The notes under the pieces: generated by a model
What the model was told of the DNA's origin: nothing
Seen by the model: only the letters and a program-made list of their open reading frames with translations
Database searches by the model: none
NCBI GenBank assembly: GCA_963783385.1
Contig: CAWANJ010000001.1
Coordinates: 384,001 to 448,000 of the forward strand
Length of the DNA stretch: 64,000 bases
Direction: 5' to 3'
Source: an uncultured Gemmatimonadales bacterium
GTDB lineage: Bacteria > Gemmatimonadota > Gemmatimonadetes > Palauibacterales > Palauibacteraceae
In this document: positions 49,248-63,305 of the stretch, in pieces
Layout of the letters: each line of letters opens with the position of its first letter
Numbering within the stretch: position 1 is the first letter of the stretch
Made by a program: the position numbers and the translations under genes

Positions 49248-49326
49248 GCCACGAGCACGCGGGGCGTACGCCCCGCGAGCGGCGCATCGCCGGATCGTGG
49301 CCGTCAGGGTGACTACGAGTGTAGTC
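49248..49326. repeat. Nested inverted repeats between convergent genes
   Basis: 20-bp perfect palindrome CGCGGGGCGTACGCCCCGCG inside GCCACGA/TCGTGGC, plus CGGCG/CGCCG and GACTAC/GTAGTC hairpins. Confidence 0.6.
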
Positions 49327-49388
49327 CCGGCACCGCCCTCGACCACGACCGTCGACGACGGGAAGGCGGGCCCGGACGGCGCCCGGCC

Positions 49389-50432
49389 TCAGCTCCCGCC
49401 CGGCGCTCCCAGCGCGATGCGTCCAATACGGCCCGTGCCCGACAGCGCCAGCCACAGGTCCCCGCGCTCCGGGTCGCTCACCATGTGGCGCACCACCGCG
49501 TTCGGCGTCGGGATCTTCAGGGTGCGGACGACGGCCCCGGTGGCCGGGTCCGCGGCCACCATGAGCCCCGTGGCCGTCTCGGCGTACCACACCCGCCCGT
49601 CGACCCCGATCGCGATCCCGTAGGGACGGCCGCCCTCGTTGGGCGTGGCCCACTCCTCGAACGCGCGCGTGGCCGGGTCGTAGCGGCCCAGTCGACTACG
49701 AGCGTAGTCGGTGTACCACACCCGGCCACGAGCGTCGACGACGAGGCGGCGCGGCCGGGCCCCCTCGTGCGGGAGCCGCACCAGCGTCATGGACGCGTCC
49801 TTCCGGTCGATCCGGCCGAGCGCGTTGGTGCCGAGCAGGGCCACCCACAGGCTCCCGTCGGGCGCCTCGGCGATCCCGTAGGGCCGGGCGCGGGCGGCCG
49901 GCACCGGGTACACGGCGCTCTTCCCCGTGGCCGGGTCCAGCCGCCCGTACAGGTCCGCCCCCTGCACCGTGAACCACAGGGTGCCGTCCACCCAGATCGG
50001 CGTGTGCGGATCGGTGGCCTCGGCCGGGAGCGTGTACTCCCGGATCTTCCCCGTGGCCGGGTCCAGGCGCCCGATCTTCCCGACCCGGTTCGCCGTGTAC
50101 CACACGCCCCCATCCGGGGCCACCGTGATCCCGTGCGGGCCCGAACCCGGCGTGGGCGTCGCCCAGTCCGTGAAGGTCCCGGTGCGCGGATCGAGGCGGC
50201 CGATGTAGCTGTTGGCCTGGTCCGTGTACCACACCATGCCATCCGCGCCCACGGCCGGGTCGTGCGGGAAGGCGCCGGCGCGCGGGATCGGGTACTCGAC
50301 CACGGCGAGGTCGCCGGAGGCGGCCGGCGGCGGCTCCTGGGCCAGGAGCGGCGCCGGGAGGCCGGCGAGGGCCAGGAGCGAGGCGCACAGGGCGCGGGGG
50401 GCGGCGGAGGCGGGGCGGGTAGCCGGGAGCAT
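49389..50432 (-). CDS. Exported virginiamycin B lyase (Vgb)-like beta-propeller
   Basis: Seven PHG/PYG...DG.VWYT...IGRLDP.TG repeats; signal peptide. Confidence 0.88.
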   Translation of the reverse strand: MLPATRPASAAPRALCASLLALAGLPAPLLAQEPPPAASGDLAVVEYPIPRAGAFPHDPAVGADGMVWYTDQANSYIGRLDPRTGTFTDWATPTPGSGPHGITVAPDGGVWYTANRVGKIGRLDPATGKIREYTLPAEATDPHTPIWVDGTLWFTVQGADLYGRLDPATGKSAVYPVPAARARPYGIAEAPDGSLWVALLGTNALGRIDRKDASMTLVRLPHEGARPRRLVVDARGRVWYTDYARSRLGRYDPATRAFEEWATPNEGGRPYGIAIGVDGRVWYAETATGLMVAADPATGAVVRTLKIPTPNAVVRHMVSDPERGDLWLALSGTGRIGRIALGAPGGS

Positions 50433-50534
50433 GGCGCACTCTCCGTCGGGGGTGAGTCGGGGAGCCGCTTTCAAGATAGCGGCGCTAGTCCGACGGCGCC
50501 CACTCGGCCCGTCGCGCCGCCGCGAGGGCGGCTT

Positions 50535-53468
<2,934 letters not shown>

Positions 53469-53525
53469 GTCTACCCTGGTTGGGAGGACGGTCGTGTTCG
53501 AACTCTCGTCGTCGGCGGCGCGGTC

Positions 53526-54485
53526 CTACCCCGGGACGAGGATCGTGCCCGCCAGCGGATCCACGTCGACCACCAGGGGCGTCTCGCCGTACGGCTCGCC
53601 GTCCACCTGGGCGGCCACGGGCGGGTCGGACTCCACCTGCACGGACCGCGCCTGCAGGAAGAGCATGCGATCGGTGCCCGCGTAGCGCTCCCGCGCCACG
53701 CGCCACAGCATGCTGGCCACCTCGGGCAGGTTTCGCGGCGCGTACACGCACACGTCCAGGAGCCCGTCCTTGAACGAGGAGCGCGGCGCCACCTTGAAGT
53801 CCATCGGCAGGCCGGCGGCCACGATGTGGCCCACGTTCGCCACCAGGACCATGCTGGCACGGATGTCCAGCTCCCGGTCGTCGGCCACAATGCGGAAGTC
53901 GGCCGCCCGCGGCGTGATCACGTTCTTGAGCCCGCTCACCAGGTAGGCGGCGAAGCCGAACCGGTTCTTGAGCTCCGTGGTCGCGTCGGCCATGACGTCG
54001 GCATCGAGGCCGGCGCCGGCGATGAGCGCGAAGTGCTCGCCGGCGACCCGGCCGAGGTCGATCCGCTCGGGGACCCCGTCCACCGCCGTCCGCACCGAGC
54101 CTTCCAGCGAGGCGGGGATGCCGAAGTTGGCGGCGAGCTGGTTGCCGGTGCCGAACGGGAGGATGGCCACGGGGACGCCCGTGCCGGCCGTGCCCCGGAG
54201 AGCCTGCGCCACCGTGCCATCCCCGCCCACCGCCACCACCGCCCGGAAGCCCGCCACGGCGGCCCGGCGGGCCGCCTCGCGCAACCCCTCCGACTCCGAG
54301 ACCTCCAGGATGTCGAACGGCACGCCGTGGCTCGCGAAGGCGGCCGCCAGGCGACGGCGCAGGGTGGCGCCCCCGCCCGCCGCGGAGGCGCGCGGGTTCA
54401 CGAGGATGAGGAAGCGCTCGGAGTTCGCGTAGGGGAAAGCCTCCGCCGACGATGCGGAGCCCGCGGGCGTAGAGGGATCCGGCAT
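53526..54485 (-). CDS. Diacylglycerol kinase family lipid kinase
   Basis: [36 protein letters not shown]. Confidence 0.92.
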   Translation of the reverse strand: MPDPSTPAGSASSAEAFPYANSERFLILVNPRASAAGGGATLRRRLAAAFASHGVPFDILEVSESEGLREAARRAAVAGFRAVVAVGGDGTVAQALRGTAGTGVPVAILPFGTGNQLAANFGIPASLEGSVRTAVDGVPERIDLGRVAGEHFALIAGAGLDADVMADATTELKNRFGFAAYLVSGLKNVITPRAADFRIVADDRELDIRASMVLVANVGHIVAAGLPMDFKVAPRSSFKDGLLDVCVYAPRNLPEVASMLWRVARERYAGTDRMLFLQARSVQVESDPPVAAQVDGEPYGETPLVVDVDPLAGTILVPG

Positions 54486-54499
54486 GCCCTCCGCCCGGA

Positions 54500-55345
54500 T
54501 CAGGCGACCCTGCCCGCGAGGGCTTCCAGTCGCCGGACGCGCTCGTCCGTAGGCGGGTGGGTCCGGAACAGGCTCGCGAACGCGGCGCCCCCACCACGCA
54601 GCGGGTTCACGATGCACAGGTGGGCGGCGGCCGGGTTGACGCGCATGGGCGTGCGCTCGGCCTCGCGGTCGATGCGCTCGAGGGCGTGGGCCAGGTCCAT
54701 GGGTCTGCCGGTAATGCGGGCGCCGCCCGCGTCGGCCCGGAACTCGTTCTGCCGGCTGACCGCCATCTGGATCATCATGGCGGCCAGCGGGGCCAGCACC
54801 AGCATGAGGATGCCGCCCACGGCGCCCAGACTCCCGCGGTTCCGGTCGCCTCCCAGGAAGAAGCCGAACCGGGCCAGCATGACGATGGCGGCGGCCATGG
54901 TGGCGGCCACGGTTCCGATCAGCATGTCGCGGTGCTGGACGTGGGCGAGCTCGTGCGACAGCACGCCGGCCAGCTGGTCGCGATCCAGCGTGCGGCGGAT
55001 CCCCGTGGTCACGCACACAACCGAGTGCTCCGGGTTCCGGCCGGTGGCGAACGCGTTGGGCTGGTCGTTCTGCACGACGGCCAACCGGGGCATCGGGAGG
55101 CCGGCCTTGCGGCGGAGCTCGTCCACCAGGTCGAAGAGCTCGGGATCCTGGTCGCGCTCGATCGGCTGCGCCCGATACATGCGCAGCACCGCCCGGTCGC
55201 TGAACCAGTAGCTCCCCACGTTGAACAGGGCGGCGAACACCAGCGCCCCCACCATCCAGTTCGTGCCGCCGAAGTACCCGGCAATGCCGGCGAGCAGGGC
55301 CGTGAGCGCGGCCATCAGCCCGAAGATCTTGATGTAGCTGGTCAT
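54500..55345 (-). CDS. htpX: Zinc metalloprotease HtpX
   Basis: PNAFATGRNP, HELAH, SRQNEFRAD, THPP. Confidence 0.95.
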   Translation of the reverse strand: MTSYIKIFGLMAALTALLAGIAGYFGGTNWMVGALVFAALFNVGSYWFSDRAVLRMYRAQPIERDQDPELFDLVDELRRKAGLPMPRLAVVQNDQPNAFATGRNPEHSVVCVTTGIRRTLDRDQLAGVLSHELAHVQHRDMLIGTVAATMAAAIVMLARFGFFLGGDRNRGSLGAVGGILMLVLAPLAAMMIQMAVSRQNEFRADAGGARITGRPMDLAHALERIDREAERTPMRVNPAAAHLCIVNPLRGGGAAFASLFRTHPPTDERVRRLEALAGRVA

Positions 55346-55529
55346 GACTCCCTCTCGTGCTCTTCGCTCACGGCTCCTCGCGCCGTTCCACCTCCATGGT
55401 CCACGACCGGCGCGGCCCGGAGCCCTCGCGTCGCCCCACTCCTACCCTCGGCGCCGACCGGTGCTCCGGCCGTGGACAGGCCGCCGGCGGGGCGCTCGGG
55501 CCGCCTGACTGCGGGGACGTGCCCCCGGC

Positions 55530-58500
55530 TCAGAAGCTCCAGTCCCGGAACAGGAACAGCCCGTACAGCTGCTGCTGGTCGAGCGTGGAGCTCGTGATGC
55601 GCGCGACTTCCTGGTTGAACCGATACTGCATCCGGGCCTCCAGCGTCCAGTGCTGGAGGAAGCGCCAGCTCAGCGTGCCCTCCGGGAGGGGCAGCCCCAG
55701 CGGGTAGGTGACCGTGAGGAACAGGCTCGGACTCAGGTAGACGCCCGCCTCCACTTCCGTGGCGCTCAGGAGGGACGACTCGCCGCCGCTGCCGATTCCC
55801 TGGCCCACGGGCGTGCGACGAATATCCAGATAATCGAGCGGCGACTGACCGACCAGCAGCGACGAGAGCTCCGAGCTCACCTGTCCCAGGAGCTGCTCGC
55901 TGGCCAGCTGCCCCGCGAAGCTCCCCTGCTGGCCGTAGGCCCCGGTGGCGGCGCACGGCCGGTTGAACAGGAGCACGCACACCTGGTCGGACTGGCTCAG
56001 GCTGGGCTCGCTGGACAGCGTGAGCTGAGGCTGCAGCATGGTGCCCGATACGTGGGCCGTGACCGTGAGGGCGCCCTGCTGGGTCTGGACCTGGCGCTGG
56101 GCCGTGATGTCCAGGTTGGGGTTCACGCCGGGCGTTCCCACGAACGCGATCGTGCCCTGCGTGATCTTGAGCTGGCGGGAGTACAGCTCGCCCACCCCCC
56201 CCAGGGTCGTCGGCGTCCAGGTATAGCTGCCGCGCACGAGCTGCACCGGGCCGTTCAGGGTGAGGTCCCCCTGGCTCCGGTCCATCCGGATTTCCACGTC
56301 GCCCGAGATCTCCACGCTCATCTGCTGGGAGCGCACCCACAGGTTCGGACCCACGGTGGCGCTGAGATCCATCTTCAGGTTCTGGAGGAAGGGGTTCTGG
56401 GCCGCGGCGATGAGGCGGCGCTCGGACAGCGTGGTCGTGTCGATGAGCGCGTACAGCTGGGGGTCGGTGAGATCCACGACCTGCTGCTGGCGCAGGAACT
56501 CCTGGAAGCGCACGGTGCCGTCGGACACCCTCACCTTGCCGGTGACGGTCGGCCGCCGGTAGGTCCCGGCCAGGTGGATCGTTCCGTCGAGGTTGGCGGA
56601 GGCCTTGCGTCGGTCGATGGCATGCAGGCCGTGCGCCACCAGATCGAGGTCGAAGCCGGGGTCGGTCGGATGGACCAGGTCGACCGAGCCGCTGAGGCTG
56701 CCGCTACCCTCGTCCTGGGAACGGAACCGGAGGCTGTCCAGGATCGCCTTCGTCCCCTGGAAGCGCACCCCGCCCCCGATGCCCACGTAGCGCGTGCCGA
56801 GATCGGGAAGGGTCGCGGCGCCGTCGGCCAGCCGCACGGCCCCGGAGAGGTCCAGCCGACCGGGACCGCCCTCAATGCCGACCTGGCCTCGGGCCATGCC
56901 CTGCACCGACCGGAGGCTCGAGAAGGGCGCCGCCGCCAGCTCCAGCGGCAGACTGTCGGCCCGGACTCGCAGGTGCAGGAGATCGTCCGGGAAGCGGTCA
57001 CCCCGCGCCGCCAGCGCCAGGTCCCCGGCCACGTCGCCGTCCAGCGAGGCCAGCGTGTCGGCCGGCCCGGACAGGGTCGCCTGCACCCGGGTGGACCGAT
57101 CCTCGTAATGGAAGGTCCCGCCGATCCGGTGGTAGGCGTGCCCGTCGACCTGGGGGCTGTCCACCGCCACCGTCGCGTCCATCACGGGCGCGCTCCCCGT
57201 GCCGCGCACCCGCAGCGAGGCCGTGAGCCGTCCGGTGGGGACCGGGCGGAAGGCGAGGAAAGTGGCGACGTTAGCGATCTCGACCCGCCGTACGTCCAGG
57301 TCGAAGCGGGCGGCGCCCGCCGTCGGCACCGCGCCGTCGGCACGGATGCTCCCGCCGGCCGCTCCGGTGAGGACCATGGAGTCCACCGAGAGGCCCGAGT
57401 CCCCCCAGACGATCCTGGTCGGATGCTCCAGACGGATCCGCTGGGTCCCTAAACCCAGGTCCAGGCTCCGAAGCGCCACGATCGTCCGCTTCCTGGTCCA
57501 GTCGAGTCCCGCCTGCAGGTCCACCCTGGCCGACGTGTCCCGCCGGGCGCTCAGCTGGACGTCGGCCTCGTGGGCGCCCCGTCGCGCGACCCGGACCGAG
57601 GCCGAGTCGATCGTGAGCTCGCCGCGGCGCACCGCCCACACCTGGCCCCGCACGACCATGGAATCCAGGGAAGTCGCGCTGGTAACGTCCAGGGTGAGGT
57701 CCGCCGAGTCGGCGGAGATCGCCCCGTACCCCGGCTGCCGTGCGGTCACCGACCCCCCGAAAGCGAAGGCCTCCAGGTTGCCGTACACGACGCCGCGCGC
57801 CATCAGCGAGCCGGCGAGCGTGTCGGGCAGGGCCGGCCCGGCTTCCTGGCCGACGTCGGGCGCCCCTCCGCCGCCGGGGAACTGGGCCAGGAGGTCTTCG
57901 GCCGACGTGTCCGCCGACACGGGCCCGCGGCCCGGCACGATCCACCGGTTCCAGCGCGTCAGGTCCGGGGCCTCGATGTCCAGGATCAGCGACCCGCTGC
58001 GGTCCTTCGCCAGGCCGAAGGCCCCGCGCCCCCGCACCTGCCCCACGTCGGTCTGGATCGCGAAGGTGTCCGCGGTGGCGAGGCCGTTGCGCACCTGGAA
58101 GCGCAGCAGGCTGGAATCGACGCGTGCCCCCGCGAAGGTCGAGGGCAGGACCTCGAGGTCGAAGGTCGCCTGCAGGTCGGCCGGGTCGGTCCCCTCGCCC
58201 TGCACGCGTCCCCGCACGGCGAGCCGGGTGTCCGGAGCGCCCTTCATCCACTGACGCAACTGGAGGTCCCGAGCCGTGAGCTGCGCGTCGTAGCGGCGAC
58301 GCGCCGCCACCAGGTCGAAGCGGCCGTCAAAGGTGAGGTGCCCGCGCGGTGTCCGAAGGTCGGCTCGCGCCTGGAGGTCGCACAGGCAACCGTGTGCCTC
58401 GATCGGTCCGCGCACCACACCGACCAGGTCGAGCTTCGGGAAGTACGGGTCGATCACCGATAGGGAGAGCGGCTGAGCCTGCAGGGTCACGTCCACACGG

Positions 58501-60056
58501 GCCGTGTCCGCCAGGTCCACGCCGCCACGCGCGATGACGTGGGAGGTCGTGTCGCCCGGAACGCGCTGCGTGAGGTCCGCGGTGAACTGGATGTGACGGC
58601 CCACGACCCCATCGAGGGTGGCGCTCCCCGAGAGGCGGCCCAGCTGCCGGGTATCGAACCCCAGCACCCTCATCCACCGGGGCGAGAAGTCGTCGAACTC
58701 CAGCTTCAGGGCGCCGAGCTTGCGCGGCTCGACGAGGCCCATCGCCCCATGCAGGGTCAGCTTCGAGGGCGGCCCGGCGCCGCTGTCGGCCGCCGGGAGC
58801 GGACGGAAGCTGAGCTGCCCGTCCATGCCCAGGAGGTCGATGGGCCCGGAGCCCCGGACACGCCCCGACACGAGTCCGTCGATGGCCGTCGGGCGGTCCA
58901 GGAGCCGATCCACCAGGGCCAGCCGCAGGGGCGTGACCTCGACGTCGTAGGAGGCCAATCGCGGCGTGTCCCCGACATGCAGCTCGAAGGACCCGCGCAG
59001 TCGGGACTCCCCCGTGCGCATGTCCCCGTCGTGCGCCTCCACCACCGGGACGTCCCCTACCGAGCGCACCACCAGGCGCACCGGTCCCCCGCCGCTCCGG
59101 GGCACGGGGATCGGGAGCCACTGCAGGTCCGCGAAGCCCAGGGGGTCGGCATCCAGGTCGAACCGGTAGGACAGGGGGCTGGACGGGACGACCCACCCCC
59201 GTCCCGACAGCTTCGACTCGGACGTCTCGATGTCGGCGATGCGAACGTGCACCGAGTCGCCGAACTCGGCGCTCCCGGTGAAGGTGCGCACGTCCAGCGG
59301 CTGGCTCACGGCCGTGAGCCGGGCCGCGATCCCGTCGAGCTCCAGCCGCATGGGGCGACGCGGGTCGGCCAGCCTCACGAGGGGCATGCCTCCGCGCACC
59401 GAGTCCGCCCGGAACTCCTGCTCGGGCCGCCCGTCCGGGCCACGACGGATGTTCCAGATGGCCTGCCCGGCCAGGGCGGCCCGCAGGACGCTGTCGGCCG
59501 CCGCCCCGCGCCTGCCCGAGCTCCAGGGCTGGACCACGTCGACCGTGCCGTCGGCCACGTACGCGTCCGTGACCAGGACCCGGGTCCCGCCGCCGGAGCC
59601 GGCCGACGACGTCGTGTCGGACCCGATCGCGAAGATCCGCTGGAAGTTCCAGCTCCCGCTCGTGTCCTGCACCATGTCCAAAGACATACGTCCCACCTGC
59701 ATGCGCCTCAGGTGGTAGCTGCCGGTGAGGAAGCCGAGCGGGTTGTACTCGACGCGCACGTCGTCGAGCTCGAGGAAGGGCGCGCCCGTCGAGTCCGAGA
59801 TGAGGAAGCTGGCGACGCGGACCCGGGTGAGGAGGTTGCCGCCCGTGATCGGCCCGATCCGTATCCGGCCGTGGACGGTTCCGCTCAACACGCGCTCGAG
59901 GCTCGAGCGGATGACGTCGCGCCCGGTGGCGGTCTGGGTGAACACGAGCACGCCGCCGGCCGCCGCCATGAACGCCAGACCGGCCAGGAACACGCCCACC
60001 CGCGCCGCGTGGGCCAGGACGCGGCCGACCCGATCCCGGAGACGTCCCTTCGCCAT
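55530..60056 (-). CDS. tamB: Translocation and assembly module TamB/AsmA-like protein
   Basis: 1508 aa, N-terminal TM anchor, beta-rich; C-terminal NPNLDITA...LSSEP TamB-like region; adjacent to an Omp85 gene. Confidence 0.85.
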   Translation of the reverse strand: MAKGRLRDRVGRVLAHAARVGVFLAGLAFMAAAGGVLVFTQTATGRDVIRSSLERVLSGTVHGRIRIGPITGGNLLTRVRVASFLISDSTGAPFLELDDVRVEYNPLGFLTGSYHLRRMQVGRMSLDMVQDTSGSWNFQRIFAIGSDTTSSAGSGGGTRVLVTDAYVADGTVDVVQPWSSGRRGAAADSVLRAALAGQAIWNIRRGPDGRPEQEFRADSVRGGMPLVRLADPRRPMRLELDGIAARLTAVSQPLDVRTFTGSAEFGDSVHVRIADIETSESKLSGRGWVVPSSPLSYRFDLDADPLGFADLQWLPIPVPRSGGGPVRLVVRSVGDVPVVEAHDGDMRTGESRLRGSFELHVGDTPRLASYDVEVTPLRLALVDRLLDRPTAIDGLVSGRVRGSGPIDLLGMDGQLSFRPLPAADSGAGPPSKLTLHGAMGLVEPRKLGALKLEFDDFSPRWMRVLGFDTRQLGRLSGSATLDGVVGRHIQFTADLTQRVPGDTTSHVIARGGVDLADTARVDVTLQAQPLSLSVIDPYFPKLDLVGVVRGPIEAHGCLCDLQARADLRTPRGHLTFDGRFDLVAARRRYDAQLTARDLQLRQWMKGAPDTRLAVRGRVQGEGTDPADLQATFDLEVLPSTFAGARVDSSLLRFQVRNGLATADTFAIQTDVGQVRGRGAFGLAKDRSGSLILDIEAPDLTRWNRWIVPGRGPVSADTSAEDLLAQFPGGGGAPDVGQEAGPALPDTLAGSLMARGVVYGNLEAFAFGGSVTARQPGYGAISADSADLTLDVTSATSLDSMVVRGQVWAVRRGELTIDSASVRVARRGAHEADVQLSARRDTSARVDLQAGLDWTRKRTIVALRSLDLGLGTQRIRLEHPTRIVWGDSGLSVDSMVLTGAAGGSIRADGAVPTAGAARFDLDVRRVEIANVATFLAFRPVPTGRLTASLRVRGTGSAPVMDATVAVDSPQVDGHAYHRIGGTFHYEDRSTRVQATLSGPADTLASLDGDVAGDLALAARGDRFPDDLLHLRVRADSLPLELAAAPFSSLRSVQGMARGQVGIEGGPGRLDLSGAVRLADGAATLPDLGTRYVGIGGGVRFQGTKAILDSLRFRSQDEGSGSLSGSVDLVHPTDPGFDLDLVAHGLHAIDRRKASANLDGTIHLAGTYRRPTVTGKVRVSDGTVRFQEFLRQQQVVDLTDPQLYALIDTTTLSERRLIAAAQNPFLQNLKMDLSATVGPNLWVRSQQMSVEISGDVEIRMDRSQGDLTLNGPVQLVRGSYTWTPTTLGGVGELYSRQLKITQGTIAFVGTPGVNPNLDITAQRQVQTQQGALTVTAHVSGTMLQPQLTLSSEPSLSQSDQVCVLLFNRPCAATGAYGQQGSFAGQLASEQLLGQVSSELSSLLVGQSPLDYLDIRRTPVGQGIGSGGESSLLSATEVEAGVYLSPSLFLTVTYPLGLPLPEGTLSWRFLQHWTLEARMQYRFNQEVARITSSTLDQQQLYGLFLFRDWSF

Positions 60057-60057
60057 G

Positions 60058-62248
60058 CTAGAAGGCCTGTCCGATAGCCAGGTGGAGCTGCAATCGACGG
60101 AGGAACTCGGTGAAGCCGCTGGGATTCCCCTCCGTGTACGGATCGTACAGCACCTTCTGGTCCAGCTCGCGCAGGGCGTTCCCCATCGGCCCCACCTCGG
60201 CCACCACCGGCAGGCGCTGGGCGCTGATCGGGTTGTAGGCCACGTCGAGCCGCACGGGGCCGACCGGGCTGGTGTAGCGGATGCCCACGCCCGGGGTGGC
60301 CACCGGCGCCACCGGCCGCGTGATGTCCTTCCACACCTGTCCGGCGTCCAGGAAGGCGACCGCCTGCCAGCTCGGCGAGAGGCGGGCTCGGAGCTCGAGG
60401 CTGACCTCGAAGGCCGCGTCCCCCCCGGTGGGCCGCTGGTCGAAGGCGCTCGTCTTTAGGCCCTGGACGCACGCGTCCAGCGGGGTCGAGGGACAGCTCG
60501 CCATCGAGTCCACTACGAGCACCGTGGGACCGAGCAGGTTCTGGCCAAAGCCCCGCACGCTCTGCGCGCCACCGCCGAAGAAGCGCTTGCGGGGATGGAC
60601 CACGGGCTCGCCGCCCACTCCCCCGGAGAACACGCGCCCCCCGGTGGGCTCCACGAAGCCGGTGCGGATGCGGGCGGCGAGCACGATCCCCGGAGTCACC
60701 TGCTCGAAGTCCGCGCCGTTCACATTGAACCGGACGTAGTGGTAGTCGGAGCCGGTGGGCGTGCCGGCCCCCTCGAGGTCGAGCGTCAGGTAGTAGCCCG
60801 CCGTCGGGGAAAACGGATTGTTGCGGCGGTCGTAGCTCCAGGAGACGGCGACCGGCGAGAGCCACCGCGACTCGGCCAGCACGTCGATGTCCCGTGGCTG
60901 ACAGAAGCCGAAGTTGATGCAGAAATACACGTCGGCCGAGCGCTGCGCGAAGCTCGTCAGCTCGGGCCGGAAGGTGAGGACGAGGGGCATGCGGCGGCGC
61001 AGCCGCTTGGTCAGGGACAGCTCGCCGCCCTCGCTCTTGCGGACGAAGATGCCCGGCACCGTCTCCCGCTCGATGAACAGGGACGTCGACAGGCTGTTGT
61101 GGCCGGAGAAGAAGTAGGGCTGATCGAGCCGCGCCTCGAGATGGTAGTTCAGCTTCTGGAACACGGGCACCGAGTCGACGGCCGAGCACGGGAAGCTGCC
61201 CCCAACCTGCCGGGCCAGCAGGTTGGAGAGGCGCCCCTGGACGGTGAGCTGGCGCGCCCCGCCCAGGAAGTTACGGTGCGTGAAGCTGGCCTGCGTCTGG
61301 AAGCAATCCAGCGTCGTCACGCCCACACCGGCTCGCACGGAGCGCGGTTTGGCCGGTGTGACGTCCACGATCACGTCCACGAGGGTGTCGGAGTCCGTCC
61401 GGGGCTCGGCGTGGATGTTGGCGAAGCGGATGGCCGGCAGGTCGTACAGGTCGCGCTGGCTCTCCAGGATCCGCTGCTCGCTGAAGTAGCCGCCGCGGCC
61501 GAAGTCGAGGAAGCGGCCCACGACCTCCTTACCGATCGAGCCCGCGCCCTCGATGCGGACGTCCCCGATGCGCTTCCGCGGCCCCGGCTGGATGCGCAGC
61601 GTGAGATCGGCCACGTGCGCGTCCGCGGGAAGGAAGTACTCGTCGAGCACTGCCGCGTCCGTGTAGCCCTGGTTGTGGAGCCGGGTGGCGATGGCCTGCT
61701 TGCCCTGGTCCATCTGGACCAGGTTGAAGGGGTCACCCGGCTCGAGGGGAAACGACTTCCGCACGTCGACCGAATCGAACATTCGACGGCAGCCCCCGGA
61801 TGTCCAGGGACCGCAGGCGAGTGGGGGGGCCCTCCTTGATGTCGAACCGGATCGAGACCTTCGAGTCCATCCGGTGCACGACCGTATCCACCTGGACCTC
61901 GCGGTAGCCCCGGGCCCGGTAGTAGAGGCGCAGGCGGAGCAGGTCGGCCGGCAGCGCGTTGGGGTCCAGGTAGGCCCGGTTCTTGACCAACCCCCAGTCG
62001 GTCAGGGGACACAGCGGGAGGATCTCGAAGATGATCGACCGGCAGTGCGTGGCCTGGGTGCTGATCGCGGCGGACAGGTCGCCGTCGGAGAAGGCGTAGT
62101 TGCCCTCGAAGGTGAGCGACACGACCTCTCGGTCGGCCGAGATGACCTGGGCGCGCGCGCCGGAAGCACACACGGCGACGGCTACCGCCGACAGGAGCGG
62201 AACCGCCAGCCTCCATCGCCGGAGGCCAGGTGCGACGCCTCCCCTCAC
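60058..62248 (-). CDS. BamA/TamA (Omp85) outer-membrane protein, frameshift near 61790
   Basis: POTRA repeats (FEGN, YYRARGY, GY.DA), RNFLGG, GGAQSVRGF, GIRYTSPVGPVRLD, C-terminal GQAF. Confidence 0.88.
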
Positions 62249-62454
62249 CGATCCTCGTCCGCCGGTCCTCCGGCCTGACGGTCGGGGGCGAGTCGGCGCC
62301 CGGAGGGGGCCGGGGTCCGCGACCGGTGCGGCAACTCCTCCCTGGCGAACCAGATGCGCGCCAGATACATGGTCACCAGACCCGCCGCCACGCCCGCGCC
62401 GACGGCCAGGAGCTGGTCGGCCAGCGACAGGGGGCCACGTCGCGACCGGCTCAT
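62245..62454 (-). CDS. Small single-TM hypothetical protein
   Basis: One hydrophobic segment; 4-nt overlaps with both neighbours. Confidence 0.6.
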   Translation of the reverse strand: MSRSRRGPLSLADQLLAVGAGVAAGLVTMYLARIWFAREELPHRSRTPAPSGRRLAPDRQAGGPADEDR

Positions 62455-63305
62455 GCCTCCTCCACCGTGGGAGCGTGCGTCCTGTCGAGCCACACGTCGG
62501 GCCGGGTGGCGAAGCGGTGCTCGCTGTGGGGCCAGAATCCATGGCCCTCGTCACGCCACAGATAGTGGGTCACGTGGATCTCCTCCCGGTCGACCGCAAT
62601 GTAGTTCAGGCTGTTGGCGAGACGCTCGCGCCCGCGACCACGCGCGGAGGTCGTGGTGCCGCACTGCACGACCACGATGCCCTCTTCCCGACTCTCTCCG
62701 GGAAAGAAGTCGAGCGAGTCTCCGACGTAGGCGCGATGCATGTGGCCGGCCAGGATGAGGTGCACGTCCAGGGACTGGAACAGCCGCAGGGCCCGGCGGG
62801 CCCCCGGCATCACGTGATCCCGGGCGAAGTCCGGGGGCGGCGCCAGGTGGTGGTGGGTGACCACCACGCGCAGGTCCCCGCGCGGCGAAGCCTCGAGCGC
62901 CTCGCTGGCGAATTCCAGCTGGCGCCGGGTGAGCCGACCGTTGGAGAGGGTGAAGGTGCGGGTCGAATTGAGCGACACGATCGTCATGCCGGGCAGGGAA
63001 TGCACGGCGTCCAGGCGATCATCGATGTAGCGGCGGTACAGCCGGTAGGGAGACAGGAAGCGTTCGTGGATCCGGTACAGGGGCACATCGTGGTTTCCCG
63101 GCGTCACCACCAGGGGCGCCTCGAACTCCGCCAGGTAGGCGGCCGCCGCCTCGAACTGGGACTGGCGGGCCCGCTGGGTGAAGTCCCCGCTCACCACGAT
63201 GACGTCGGGACGGCCGCGCTCGGCCAGCCGCCGGACCGCTTCGGCGCGGTCGCGCAGGAAGGGTGAGCCGAAGTGGAGATCGGAAACGTGCAGGATCTCA
63301 GGCAT
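62451..63305 (-). CDS. Calcineurin-like metallophosphoesterase
   Basis: SDLHFG, SGDFT, PGNHD, THH, GHMH. Confidence 0.92.
   Translation of the reverse strand: MPEILHVSDLHFGSPFLRDRAEAVRRLAERGRPDVIVVSGDFTQRARQSQFEAAAAYLAEFEAPLVVTPGNHDVPLYRIHERFLSPYRLYRRYIDDRLDAVHSLPGMTIVSLNSTRTFTLSNGRLTRRQLEFASEALEASPRGDLRVVVTHHHLAPPPDFARDHVMPGARRALRLFQSLDVHLILAGHMHRAYVGDSLDFFPGESREEGIVVVQCGTTTSARGRGRERLANSLNYIAVDREEIHVTHYLWRDEGHGFWPHSEHRFATRPDVWLDRTHAPTVEEA

Noticed and set aside
49389-50432. Streptogramin resistance gene
   Set aside because: Vgb-like propellers are widespread. This one has a signal peptide and no mobile context, so resistance cannot be claimed.
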